DNA of 64,000 nucleotides from positions 25,412 to 89,411 of the forward strand of contig JBAZBL010000003.1 in the NCBI GenBank assembly GCA_041671485.1. The letters are read 5' to 3'. The notes beneath the pieces were generated by a model. That model saw nothing but the letters and a program-made list of their open reading frames with translations. It did no database searches and had not been told where the DNA came from. Made by a program: the position numbers and the translations under genes. Of the stretch, positions 49,334-57,335 are shown in pieces. Position 1 is the stretch's first letter, and every line of letters begins with the position of its first letter. The stretch is from Minisyncoccota bacterium. GTDB taxonomy: Bacteria; Patescibacteriota; Minisyncoccia; Phycocordibacterales; PALSA-1337.

Positions 49334-52300
49334 TCCTTTTCATTACCAACTTCATCTTCTTTGACTAGCTCCACATTCAAGGCAAGACCTCTAAGAGTCT
49401 TCAAAAGTACATTGAATGATGCAGGCAGATTTGGTGGTTTCAGAGCTTCACCCTTCACGATCGAATCGAAAGTCTGCGAACGACCGATGATATCGTCAGA
49501 CTTGACTGTAAGGATCTCACGTAGTGTATGTGCAGCACCATGCCCCAACAATGCCCAGACTTCCATTTCTCCGAAGCGTTGACCACCTCCTTGTGCCTTA
49601 CCACCCAAAGGTTGCTGTGTAATGAGTGAATATGGTCCGATAGAGCGCATATGGATCTTATCTTCGACCATATGATGCAATTTCATTATATACATATATC
49701 CAACAGCTATCGGTTGATCGAAGTATTCTCCATTTCGCCCATCACGCAATTTCATCTTGCCAGAAGCATCATGTCCCGCTTTTACCAATTCTTCTTTTAT
49801 CTCGGATTCCAAAGCTCCCATAAATGGAGGAACAATGGCTTGATATCCGAGAGTATTTGCAGCAAGACCCAAATGTAATTCGAGGATCTGTCCTAGATTC
49901 ATACGTGATGGCACACCCAGCGGTGTAAGGATGACATCTATAGGAGTACCATCTTCCATATATGGCATATCTTCTTCTGGAAGGATTTTGGATATGACAC
50001 CCTTATTACCGTGACGACCGGCCATCTTGTCTCCTACAGATATATTTCTTACTTGAGCAACTTCTATATATATCTTTTTTATTATTCCTGATTCCAATTT
50101 ATCACCTTTCTCACGTGAGAATATTTTGATAGAAATAACTCGGCCCTGTTTGCCATTTTCCATTCTCTTTGAAGTATCCTTGACATCACGTGCCTTTTCT
50201 CCAAATATAGATCGGAGCAATCGCTCTTCTGGAGTTAGTTGTGTCTCACTCTTGGGAGAAATCTTTCCGACCAATATATCCCCAGGTCTCACTTCTGCAC
50301 CAACCCTTACGATACCTTCTTCAGTCAGATTTTTTAGTTTTGCTTCGCCAACATTTGGTATATCACACGTTGTCACTTCTGGACCAAGTTTTGTATCACG
50401 TACATTGACCAAGAATTCTTCTATATGTATAGAACTCCATTTGGCATTTTTGACTACACGTTCGGATAGAATTATGGCATCTTCATAGTTTGATCCTGAC
50501 CAAGACATGAATGCAACCAAGGCATTGTGTCCAAGAGCTATCTCTCCATGATCAGAAGTCGATGTATCAGCCAAAACATCACCTTTTTTGACCTTCTCTC
50601 CGAGTTCTACTATCGGTCTTTGATGAAATGCAGTAAAACCATTTGTCCTAGAAAATAGGATTAGACTGAAATCTTTTATTCCATTCTTGGTCTTGAGTGA
50701 TATACTTCTGGCATCAACTTTTGTGATCTCACCATCTTCTGGAGCAATCACAATGCGACCAGTTTCTATGATTGCTTTGCTCTCCATGCCCGTTGCAACG
50801 ATCGGCACTTCTGGTACGAGACATGGTGTTGCTTGTTTTTGCATATTTGAACCCATGAGAGCACGGTTTGCATCATCATGATTTAGAAATGGTATAAGTG
50901 ATGTTGCTACAGAAAATGCTTGATTTGCAGAAACATCGATAAGATCAACGTCTTTTTTATTGACTATTGCTGGTTTGCCATTTCTCCTAACTTCGACTTC
51001 ATCAATAGTTATATTTCCAGAATTGTCCCTAGGTATAGCAGCATGAGCAATATTGAAGCTTTCTTCTTCTAGAGCATTAAAATATGAAATCTCTTTTGTG
51101 ATTTTCCCATCTTTGACTTTTGCATAAGGAGTTTCTATCATGCCAAAATGATTGATACGTGCATAGTTGGTCAAGTGCAAAACCAAACCAATGTTTGGAC
51201 CTTCTGGAGTGTGTATTGGGCATAATCGGCCATAATGAGATGGATGGACATCACGTACTTCGAAGCCTGCACGTTCACGAGACAAACCACCCGGTCCAAG
51301 TGCCGACAATAGACGCAGATGTTCGATTTCATCTAGAGTATTGGTCTGTTGCATGAATTGAGAAAGCTGATTGGTAGTAAAAAATTCTTTGATCCTAGCC
51401 TGAAGTGGTCTTGGATAAACAAAAGATATGGGTTGAGTTATATCTGGCTCTATCGTAGACATCCTATCCTGAATATTTCTCTTCATCTGTGTAAGGCCCA
51501 ATCTGATCCTCTGTTCTATCAATTCACCGACATATCTCACACGACGTGAACCCAAATGATCAATATCATCAGCTTGCATTTCCGGATTAACATTCAAAGC
51601 AACAATATGTTTGATCGTTATAGAGAGGTCATTTGTATCTACAGTTCTGCGTTCCAATGATTTCTCATCCATTGTTTTATTGAAACGTTTATTGAAACGG
51701 AATCTACCAACTCGAGAAAGATCGTATCTTTCTACACTCAATATAGCTCGAACAAAAGAACGAGCATTTTCGGCTGTAGCTAGATCACCATCTCGAAGTC
51801 TTTTGTAGATCTCAACATAAGCCTCTTCCTGTGTTTTGGCATGATCCTTGGAAAGAGTAAGTTCAATAGTCTTTTTGGCATCTTCATCGTCTTTGAATAG
51901 GTCCATTATGTCTTCATTTTTCTCTGCACCCAAGACTCGTAGAAGTGAAGTGATGGGGAACTTTCTTTTCCTGTCTATTCTACAATACATCACACCATCA
52001 ATATCAGTCTCGATTTCCATCCATACGCCTCGTGAAGGGATGATCTTTGCACCATAATATACTTTGCCTCTAACGTCATTGGCAGTGAAGAAAACCCCAA
52101 AAGAACGAGCCAATTGTGGTACTATCACTCTCTCAACACCATTTATAATAAATGTGCCGTGGTTTGTCATCAATGGAAAATCTGCAAGAAACATTTCTTG
52201 CTCTTTTACTACATTTAGAGATTTATTTTTGAGTGTTACCTTTATCTTGATCTGTCCTTCATAATTGAGCTTATTGCTTTTTGCATAATGTTCATCGAAC

Positions 52301-52518
52301 TTTGGTTTGATCACTTCGAAACCACCGAGTGAAAGTTCAAACTTCTTTTCAGCATAATCTTTGATTGGTGAGAATTCCTTGAGAAGGTTTGGGATATTTT
52401 CTCCCAAAAGTTGCTTGAATGATGCCGCTTGTGCTTCAACCAAATTGGGCATATCTGCCAATGGAGCCTGATAGCGAGAAAAATATTTTTTTGGACGAGG
52501 AGCATGAGTATTGAACAT
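49330..52518 (-). CDS. rpoB: RNA polymerase beta subunit
   Basis: GDKMAGRHGNKG, QRFGEME, FIINGVERV; start placed at MFNTHAP (52518). Confidence 0.98.
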   Translation of the reverse strand: MFNTHAPRPKKYFSRYQAPLADMPNLVEAQAASFKQLLGENIPNLLKEFSPIKDYAEKKFELSLGGFEVIKPKFDEHYAKSNKLNYEGQIKIKVTLKNKSLNVVKEQEMFLADFPLMTNHGTFIINGVERVIVPQLARSFGVFFTANDVRGKVYYGAKIIPSRGVWMEIETDIDGVMYCRIDRKRKFPITSLLRVLGAEKNEDIMDLFKDDEDAKKTIELTLSKDHAKTQEEAYVEIYKRLRDGDLATAENARSFVRAILSVERYDLSRVGRFRFNKRFNKTMDEKSLERRTVDTNDLSITIKHIVALNVNPEMQADDIDHLGSRRVRYVGELIEQRIRLGLTQMKRNIQDRMSTIEPDITQPISFVYPRPLQARIKEFFTTNQLSQFMQQTNTLDEIEHLRLLSALGPGGLSRERAGFEVRDVHPSHYGRLCPIHTPEGPNIGLVLHLTNYARINHFGMIETPYAKVKDGKITKEISYFNALEEESFNIAHAAIPRDNSGNITIDEVEVRRNGKPAIVNKKDVDLIDVSANQAFSVATSLIPFLNHDDANRALMGSNMQKQATPCLVPEVPIVATGMESKAIIETGRIVIAPEDGEITKVDARSISLKTKNGIKDFSLILFSRTNGFTAFHQRPIVELGEKVKKGDVLADTSTSDHGEIALGHNALVAFMSWSGSNYEDAIILSERVVKNAKWSSIHIEEFLVNVRDTKLGPEVTTCDIPNVGEAKLKNLTEEGIVRVGAEVRPGDILVGKISPKSETQLTPEERLLRSIFGEKARDVKDTSKRMENGKQGRVISIKIFSREKGDKLESGIIKKIYIEVAQVRNISVGDKMAGRHGNKGVISKILPEEDMPYMEDGTPIDVILTPLGVPSRMNLGQILELHLGLAANTLGYQAIVPPFMGALESEIKEELVKAGHDASGKMKLRDGRNGEYFDQPIAVGYMYIMKLHHMVEDKIHMRSIGPYSLITQQPLGGKAQGGGQRFGEMEVWALLGHGAAHTLREILTVKSDDIIGRSQTFDSIVKGEALKPPNLPASFNVLLKTLRGLALNVELVKEDEVGNEKD

Positions 52519-52750
52519 ATTTGGTGAAAAGATTATTTTGACGCATAAAAATGCCGTCAAATTTAAACGGATTATTAAAACTAATTGCTTTATTATCTCT
52601 TTATCACGGTTTGGATGACTATCCAAATCCTCCGCATTTTGGCCGGAACTCAATCACGGCGAAGTTGTATGTACCCTAGCATATACAAAATCCTCGTCAA
52701 TATTGACATCTGATAACTTGTGTCTTGTAATAAGAATTGAGAGGATCTAA

Positions 52751-53470
52751 TTACTTCCCTTTTCTATTGACTTTCCAATCATTGATCTTTGAATGGTGCC
52801 CACTCAATAAGACTTTTGGTACACGATATTTCTTTTTCCCAAATTCTATAACTTCTGGCCTTGTATAGACATCTGGACTTGCAATCCTCTCTTCTTCGAT
52901 TGATAGTTTATCACCAAGTACACCATCTATTCTCCTTGCAATAGAATCAATAACTATCATTCCAGGCAATTCTCCACCTGTCAGAGTATATGGTCCAACA
53001 GAGATATCTGTCATCTTGAACATCTTCTTTATTCTAGCGTCTATACCTTCGTATCGTCCACATATTAAAATAATATCAGTATATTTTTTTAGTGTGTCCG
53101 CAACCTTGTTTGTAAACTGTTTTCCTGACGGACTAAAAAATACAATCTTTATTTTTTTATTTTTATTTTTTATCTTATTTATCGTCTCTTCTATCGCTCT
53201 TGCGATTGGCAATGCCTCAATAACCATACCCGGTCCCCCACCATATGGTCTATCATCAATTCTTCTTTCTGCATAAGTCATCTTTTTACTTTTTTTCGAA
53301 GGCTTGCCCGCCTCCGCTCGTATGAGCGAGCTTCGGCGTGGTAAAACGAAATCTCTAGGATTGTAATATTCAATCCCAATATATCCTTCTTTTTGCGCTC
53401 TCTTTACTATTGAAACATTGAGATACGATTCGAAGCTTTCAGGAAATAATGTAATTATGTGGAAATTCAT
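52751..53470 (-). CDS. trmD: tRNA (guanine37-N1)-methyltransferase
   Basis: DDRPYGGGPGM, CGRYEGID, LTGGE, YTRP. Confidence 0.95.
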   Translation of the reverse strand: MNFHIITLFPESFESYLNVSIVKRAQKEGYIGIEYYNPRDFVLPRRSSLIRAEAGKPSKKSKKMTYAERRIDDRPYGGGPGMVIEALPIARAIEETINKIKNKNKKIKIVFFSPSGKQFTNKVADTLKKYTDIILICGRYEGIDARIKKMFKMTDISVGPYTLTGGELPGMIVIDSIARRIDGVLGDKLSIEEERIASPDVYTRPEVIEFGKKKYRVPKVLLSGHHSKINDWKVNRKGK

Positions 53471-53482
53471 GGGATCTCACAC

Positions 53483-53818
53483 TTATTCCAATTTGAGGTC
53501 TGCCATTGCTTCATCTACAGACTTTGAAGCTTTTAGAGCAGCCGAAGGCATCTGATCCTTGAGTCCTCCAACAGGCTCATTTATCTTGAGGTTAACGCGA
53601 GAATTATTCTTCATACCCACGACACGGAGTAATGTACGGATTGATTTGGCAGTATTGCCTTGACGACCAATAATCTTGCCCATATCTGCTGCAGAAACTT
53701 CGAGAGTAAGCAGTACTCCCATCTCATCTACTGTGCGAACAATCTTGACCTGATCTGGATAGTCTACCAAAGCTTTGATAACCAATTCGAGAAACTGCTG
53801 ATCTGCGTGCTGATTCAT
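53483..53818 (-). CDS. khpA: KH-domain RNA-binding protein
   Basis: ALVDYPD.V, DMGKIIGRQG.TA.SIRTL; own promoter TTGACG-16-TAGAAT at 53894-53867. Confidence 0.88.
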   Translation of the reverse strand: MNQHADQQFLELVIKALVDYPDQVKIVRTVDEMGVLLTLEVSAADMGKIIGRQGNTAKSIRTLLRVVGMKNNSRVNLKINEPVGGLKDQMPSAALKASKSVDEAMADLKLE

Positions 53819-53960
53819 GATATTTATAAGCTAAATTATAATCGTACAGTTCGCTGTACTACAAATATTCTATCAGAAAAATAATTACCGTCAATCGTTT
53901 TTGTTTCAAGTGATAATGTAATATTTTGAATCCTCTTCGGAGGCACCATAAAGTAAGATT

Positions 53961-54992
53961 TTAAAATGACCGCAGATATTCCTCAAGCAATCGGTCATAT
54001 ATTGGTTGCAATATGCACTGATAATTATAGGCATTACCATGCTTTAACATACCCAAATAAGACGAGACTGTTTCGAACTTTGGCTCGTTATTGCATTTAT
54101 TCATCATTCTTCTTCTGGTAGTTGTCCTTAACACCCGATGATCTGGAAAGTGTATCCAGCCCAAAAAGTCAACGCCCGAAGCAAAAGTCTTGAGAAATGT
54201 TTTGTCGGGATGTAATGACAAATGGAGTTTTTCTTTCAAAAATTGGTCCATATCTGTAAGCATAGATAAAAGTAATTTGTGATCAGTGTTAAGGATTACA
54301 AAATCATCGGCATAACGAATATAGTATTTGACTTTGATTTTATGCTTCATGAATTGATCGAATTTATTCATGTAAATATTCGCGAATAATTGAGAAGTTA
54401 AATTTCCTAGTGGCATACCAACATTTGGGTCACCCGAATGAAAACTGTTTATTATTTGATCTAACAGATGAAGAATGTCCCGGTCGGGAATATAGGAATT
54501 GAGTATGTCAAATAATATTTGATGATCTATTGAAGCAAAGAACTTTCTAATATCACATTTCAAAACCCAAACAGTTTTTGTATGATTGCACGATGCTTGT
54601 CTGGCAAACTCGCTAAATTTTTTGAAGGCTCTATGTGTACCTTTGTCGATCCTACAAGAATATGAATCAGAGATGAAAGTTCGGTCAAAGAATGGGTATA
54701 GTTTCCTGTAAAGTGCTCGATGTAAAATTCGATCTCTTACAGTAGCTTTATGGATATTACGAGGTTTGGGATCATTGATTTTGAAGGGCATATATGGACC
54801 ATGTACAAATGTTCTATTTTTCAAATCTTTGTGGAGTTGTAATAGGTGTCTCATTAACTGTAATCGAAATTCAGCTACATCTTCCCTTCTGTCTTTGTCG
54901 GCTGAAAATTCATTCCACGCCTCTAGTAAATTCTCAATGGATATGATAGCTTCGTAGTTATGGCTGAATTGAATTCGTCCCATATTTCTCAT
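53961..54992 (-). CDS. DGR reverse transcriptase
   Basis: KPRNI, RDRILH, SYSCR..KGTH, KCDIRKFF.SIDH, GMPLGNLTSQ, YIRYADD, DFLG; no maturase or endonuclease domain. Confidence 0.95.
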   Translation of the reverse strand: MRNMGRIQFSHNYEAIISIENLLEAWNEFSADKDRREDVAEFRLQLMRHLLQLHKDLKNRTFVHGPYMPFKINDPKPRNIHKATVRDRILHRALYRKLYPFFDRTFISDSYSCRIDKGTHRAFKKFSEFARQASCNHTKTVWVLKCDIRKFFASIDHQILFDILNSYIPDRDILHLLDQIINSFHSGDPNVGMPLGNLTSQLFANIYMNKFDQFMKHKIKVKYYIRYADDFVILNTDHKLLLSMLTDMDQFLKEKLHLSLHPDKTFLKTFASGVDFLGWIHFPDHRVLRTTTRRRMMNKCNNEPKFETVSSYLGMLKHGNAYNYQCILQPIYDRLLEEYLRSF

Positions 54993-55404
54993 AATACCCC
55001 CCCCACGGTTTTTACCAGTTGTCGAAAAGCTTAAATCAAGCTACAAACTTTGGCATGAATATCACGGACTCGTACCGAAAACACAAAGATATTCGCTTGG
55101 CAATAGAATAGATAATCTCTTAGTAGAAAGCATCGAAGCGACAGTAACTGCGACATTTTTATCAAAAGAAGAGAAATTACCGTGGATACGACTGGCAATT
55201 CGAAAAACCGATACATTGAAAGTTTTACTCATGATTTTATGGGAAACTAAATCAATAGATGATAAAAAATATATTGCTCTTTCTGTGAAATTAGATGAGG
55301 TCGGCAAGATGCTCGGTGGTTGGAGTGGACAGCTTATAAAATCTACCTCTACTAAAACTATAGTGAATAAACAAAACTCTCCAGCAAAAGCAGGAGAGAA
55401 ATGA
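54960..55404 (+). pseudogene. avd: Avd-like four-helix-bundle accessory protein, frameshifted at a C8 tract (54997-55004)
   Basis: The 54973-55404 frame reads LPVVEKLKSSYKLW...PKTQRYSLGNRID...EVGKMLGGW but has no ATG/GTG/TTG until 55216. ATG 54960 joins this frame if one C is removed, giving 147 aa. Confidence 0.85.
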
Positions 55405-55412
55405 AGAGAGTC

Positions 55413-55534
55413 GCCGACACCGCCGCAGGGTTGTTGTCTTTGAAGTCGTTGTCAAGCCAGTTGTAGTTCCAGTCCCACCTGCCGCCGTTCCAGTTGAGGT
55501 AACGAACATAGAGGTTGTCATCGGCGCTGCGGTA
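55413..55534 (-). ncRNA. DGR template repeat (TR)
   Basis: 122 bp; 31 adenines and 8 AAC codons; identical to the VR except at 17 A positions. Confidence 0.96.
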
Positions 55535-55760
55535 TCGTATGAAGCACCATCCATACCACCACCCCTCGGATACCCTCAGGGCTGAATCGTATTTGGCATC
55601 GTAATGCCTTAGCACCTCATACCAAGTATTTTCATTTTTTAATGAAGTTCTGCATACACCACTCTACCCAAAATCTTGGTCGTGGATATTCTCGATGTAT
55701 GGATACTGGTTTCGGTAGCAAGCAACATTAGTCGCTCACATATTCACCTACTCCCGCCAC

Positions 55761-55769
55761 ATCTTACCA
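55761..55769 (-). promoter_or_regulatory. Extended -10 promoter candidate for the TR/RT transcript
   Basis: TGG-TAAGAT ~230 nt upstream of TR. Confidence 0.45.
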
Positions 55770-55778
55770 TATAAATCA

Positions 55779-55802
55779 GCCCCGCGCGTTGTCGCACGGG
55801 GC
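55779..55802 (-). other. GC-rich hairpin downstream of the VR (DGR cis-acting stem-loop candidate)
   Basis: GCCCCGTGCG-ACAA-CGCGCGGGGC, 10-bp stem with one G-T pair, 51 nt after the target stop. Confidence 0.75.
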
Positions 55803-55853
55803 CAAGGTCAAAGGTCACAGGTTCTGAAGAACAAAGTGACTGATGTTCAAGAG

Positions 55854-56474
55854 CTAACTTGCCGACACCGCCGCAGGGTCGAGGCCCCTGAAGTCGTTGT
55901 CAAGCCAGCGGCAGTTCCAGCCCCACCTGCCGCCGCCCCAGCGGAGGCAACGAACATAGAGGTCGTCATCGGCGCCGCGGTAGATGGTCCCCCAGAAGAA
56001 GATGTAGCGGGTGTTTCCGTTTTCATCCTTTTTCCATGCCTCGGGAATGAGGTGCGGGTTCTTCAGGAGATAATCCAAAACATTGGCGTTGAGGACTCGT
56101 TGCTTGGCGAGTTCCTTGCGCAGGTCATTGCCACGGATGGCATTGCCTTTCTTCTGGAGCTTGGACAACCAAAACTCGATTTTCTTGCCATCGAGATAGA
56201 GGTCGTCTCCACGGCATTCGAGCTTGGCAACCTTGCCACTCTGGTGTTCTTCCACCTTCCAGCCGTCAGGAAGGTAGGGGTCGGCACCGAGGTCAATGGC
56301 GTGTTCGATAGGCTTGATTTCATACAAACCCAGTTGGACACCCCTCACACGACCGAGGAAATCCCCGACAGTGAGCGCTTTGACTTCTTCCAGCGATTGG
56401 AAGCCGTTGCGGTTGAGCGCATGCTCGATTTCTTGAGCCAAACCAACACCGAGCGTTAACTTTATATTATCCAT
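55854..56474 (-). CDS. DGR target protein with a C-terminal CLec-like variable domain
   Basis: C-terminal residues are encoded by the VR; aromatic scaffold YIFFWG...W...W.W...WL. Confidence 0.92.
   Translation of the reverse strand: MDNIKLTLGVGLAQEIEHALNRNGFQSLEEVKALTVGDFLGRVRGVQLGLYEIKPIEHAIDLGADPYLPDGWKVEEHQSGKVAKLECRGDDLYLDGKKIEFWLSKLQKKGNAIRGNDLRKELAKQRVLNANVLDYLLKNPHLIPEAWKKDENGNTRYIFFWGTIYRGADDDLYVRCLRWGGGRWGWNCRWLDNDFRGLDPAAVSAS
55861..55982 (-). repeat. DGR variable repeat (VR)
   Basis: Ungapped match to TR with 13 A>G, 3 A>C and 1 A>T changes. Confidence 0.96.
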
Positions 56475-56631
56475 AATGTGTTCTTTTTCTGTTTCGTGGA
56501 CATGTCCTTTTCGAGGACTGGTCCAAACTGTTGGGCTCGCAATTTAGCTTTGCCACAGCAGAGAATGGCCTAAAAAGCTACTTTCTGCTGTGGCAAATGC
56601 AAGTTAGCATATCAAAGAACTTTACGCTAAA

Positions 56632-56660
56632 AGTCTATCACACCAATAACTTAAAGTCAA
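56632..56660 (-). promoter_or_regulatory. Sigma70 promoter of the DGR target gene
   Basis: TTGACT-17-TAGACT with TGn extension. Confidence 0.7.
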
Positions 56661-56784
56661 GGGCTTGAATTCACCGAGGAGGAATAATCCCACCTATTTT
56701 GCACTCTATTGAGTAAAGTAGATTTTAAGTTGTTGGTGCTACAGGTGGGGTTGTTACTGAAGCCTCTTTTGCTGTAATCTCAAC

Positions 56785-57135
56785 TTATTCTGACGGAACA
56801 GGTACAGGTTCAGTCACAACCACTTTCGGAGCTTCTTTCACCTCTTCCTTTTTGATCGGAGTTTTCCTAGGTAATGCATTCATCTTTTTGCCAGCAATTA
56901 CCTTCTGCGAAACAAGATAATTGTGAATTGTTACAGATGTTTGTGCACCTTTTGATATCCAATACTTGATACGTTCAACATTCAATTGTTCCAATTTATT
57001 CTTGAGTCTAGAATCATACCAACCCAAATTTTCTAGATATTTACCACTCTTTGGTCCATTTTTGGAATCAGTCAAAACCAACCGAAAAGTTGGTTCGTGT
57101 TTCCTACCAGTGCGTTGCAGTCTTATCATCAACAT
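56785..57135 (-). CDS. rpsP: 30S ribosomal protein S16
   Basis: IRLQRTGRK..P.FRLV..DS, G.Y.E.LG.Y, YWISKGAQ.S. Confidence 0.95.
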   Translation of the reverse strand: MLMIRLQRTGRKHEPTFRLVLTDSKNGPKSGKYLENLGWYDSRLKNKLEQLNVERIKYWISKGAQTSVTIHNYLVSQKVIAGKKMNALPRKTPIKKEEVKEAPKVVVTEPVPVPSE

Positions 57136-57180
57136 GGCTATGATGCTAACATATACAATCTATTTCTGCAATTGTCTTAT

Positions 57181-57335
57181 AAAAAGCTTGGTGAAATATC
57201 TCTCGAGCCAACACGCAATGCGATCTGAGCCATGAACAAATTGCCCGTATTTGCCGAATCCTTGTAGGCAAATACGGTGCAATTTGGAATGGCGACCTTG
57301 CGTGGAGGCGAGGGAGATATTTCACCAAGCTTTTT
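57181..57335. repeat. Long palindromic element, family 2 copy E
   Basis: Homolog of 39205-39359 with compensatory base changes. Confidence 0.9.

Larger units (their letters stand above)
53961..56660 (-). mobile_element. Diversity-generating retroelement cassette: target(VR)-TR-avd(antisense)-RT
   Basis: RT, avd, adenine-specific TR/VR pair and post-VR hairpin co-located. Confidence 0.95.

Noticed and set aside
52519-52653. 45-aa N-terminal extension of RpoB from the ORF track
   Set aside because: It does not resemble RpoB and is more likely a 5' leader downstream of a TTGACG-16-TAGGGT promoter
53961-54992. RT as a group II intron, retron or CRISPR-associated RT
   Set aside because: It has no maturase or endonuclease extension and no cas genes nearby; the GNLTSQ motif, avd and TR/VR pair identify it as DGR-type
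55216-55404. 62-aa ORF as the whole avd
   Set aside because: Avd-like sequence continues ~70 codons upstream in the same frame; TTG 55216 is internal
55291-55615. Minus-strand ORFs of 85 and 87 aa across the TR
   Set aside because: They are open because TR mirrors the VR; TR is a template RNA, and the ORFs overlap avd
55836-56459. 207-aa plus-strand ORF
   Set aside because: Antisense shadow of the GC-rich DGR target
25956-57335. Palindromic elements as a CRISPR array or intact IS elements
   Set aside because: There is no repeat-spacer periodicity, no transposase in the window and no clear target-site duplications
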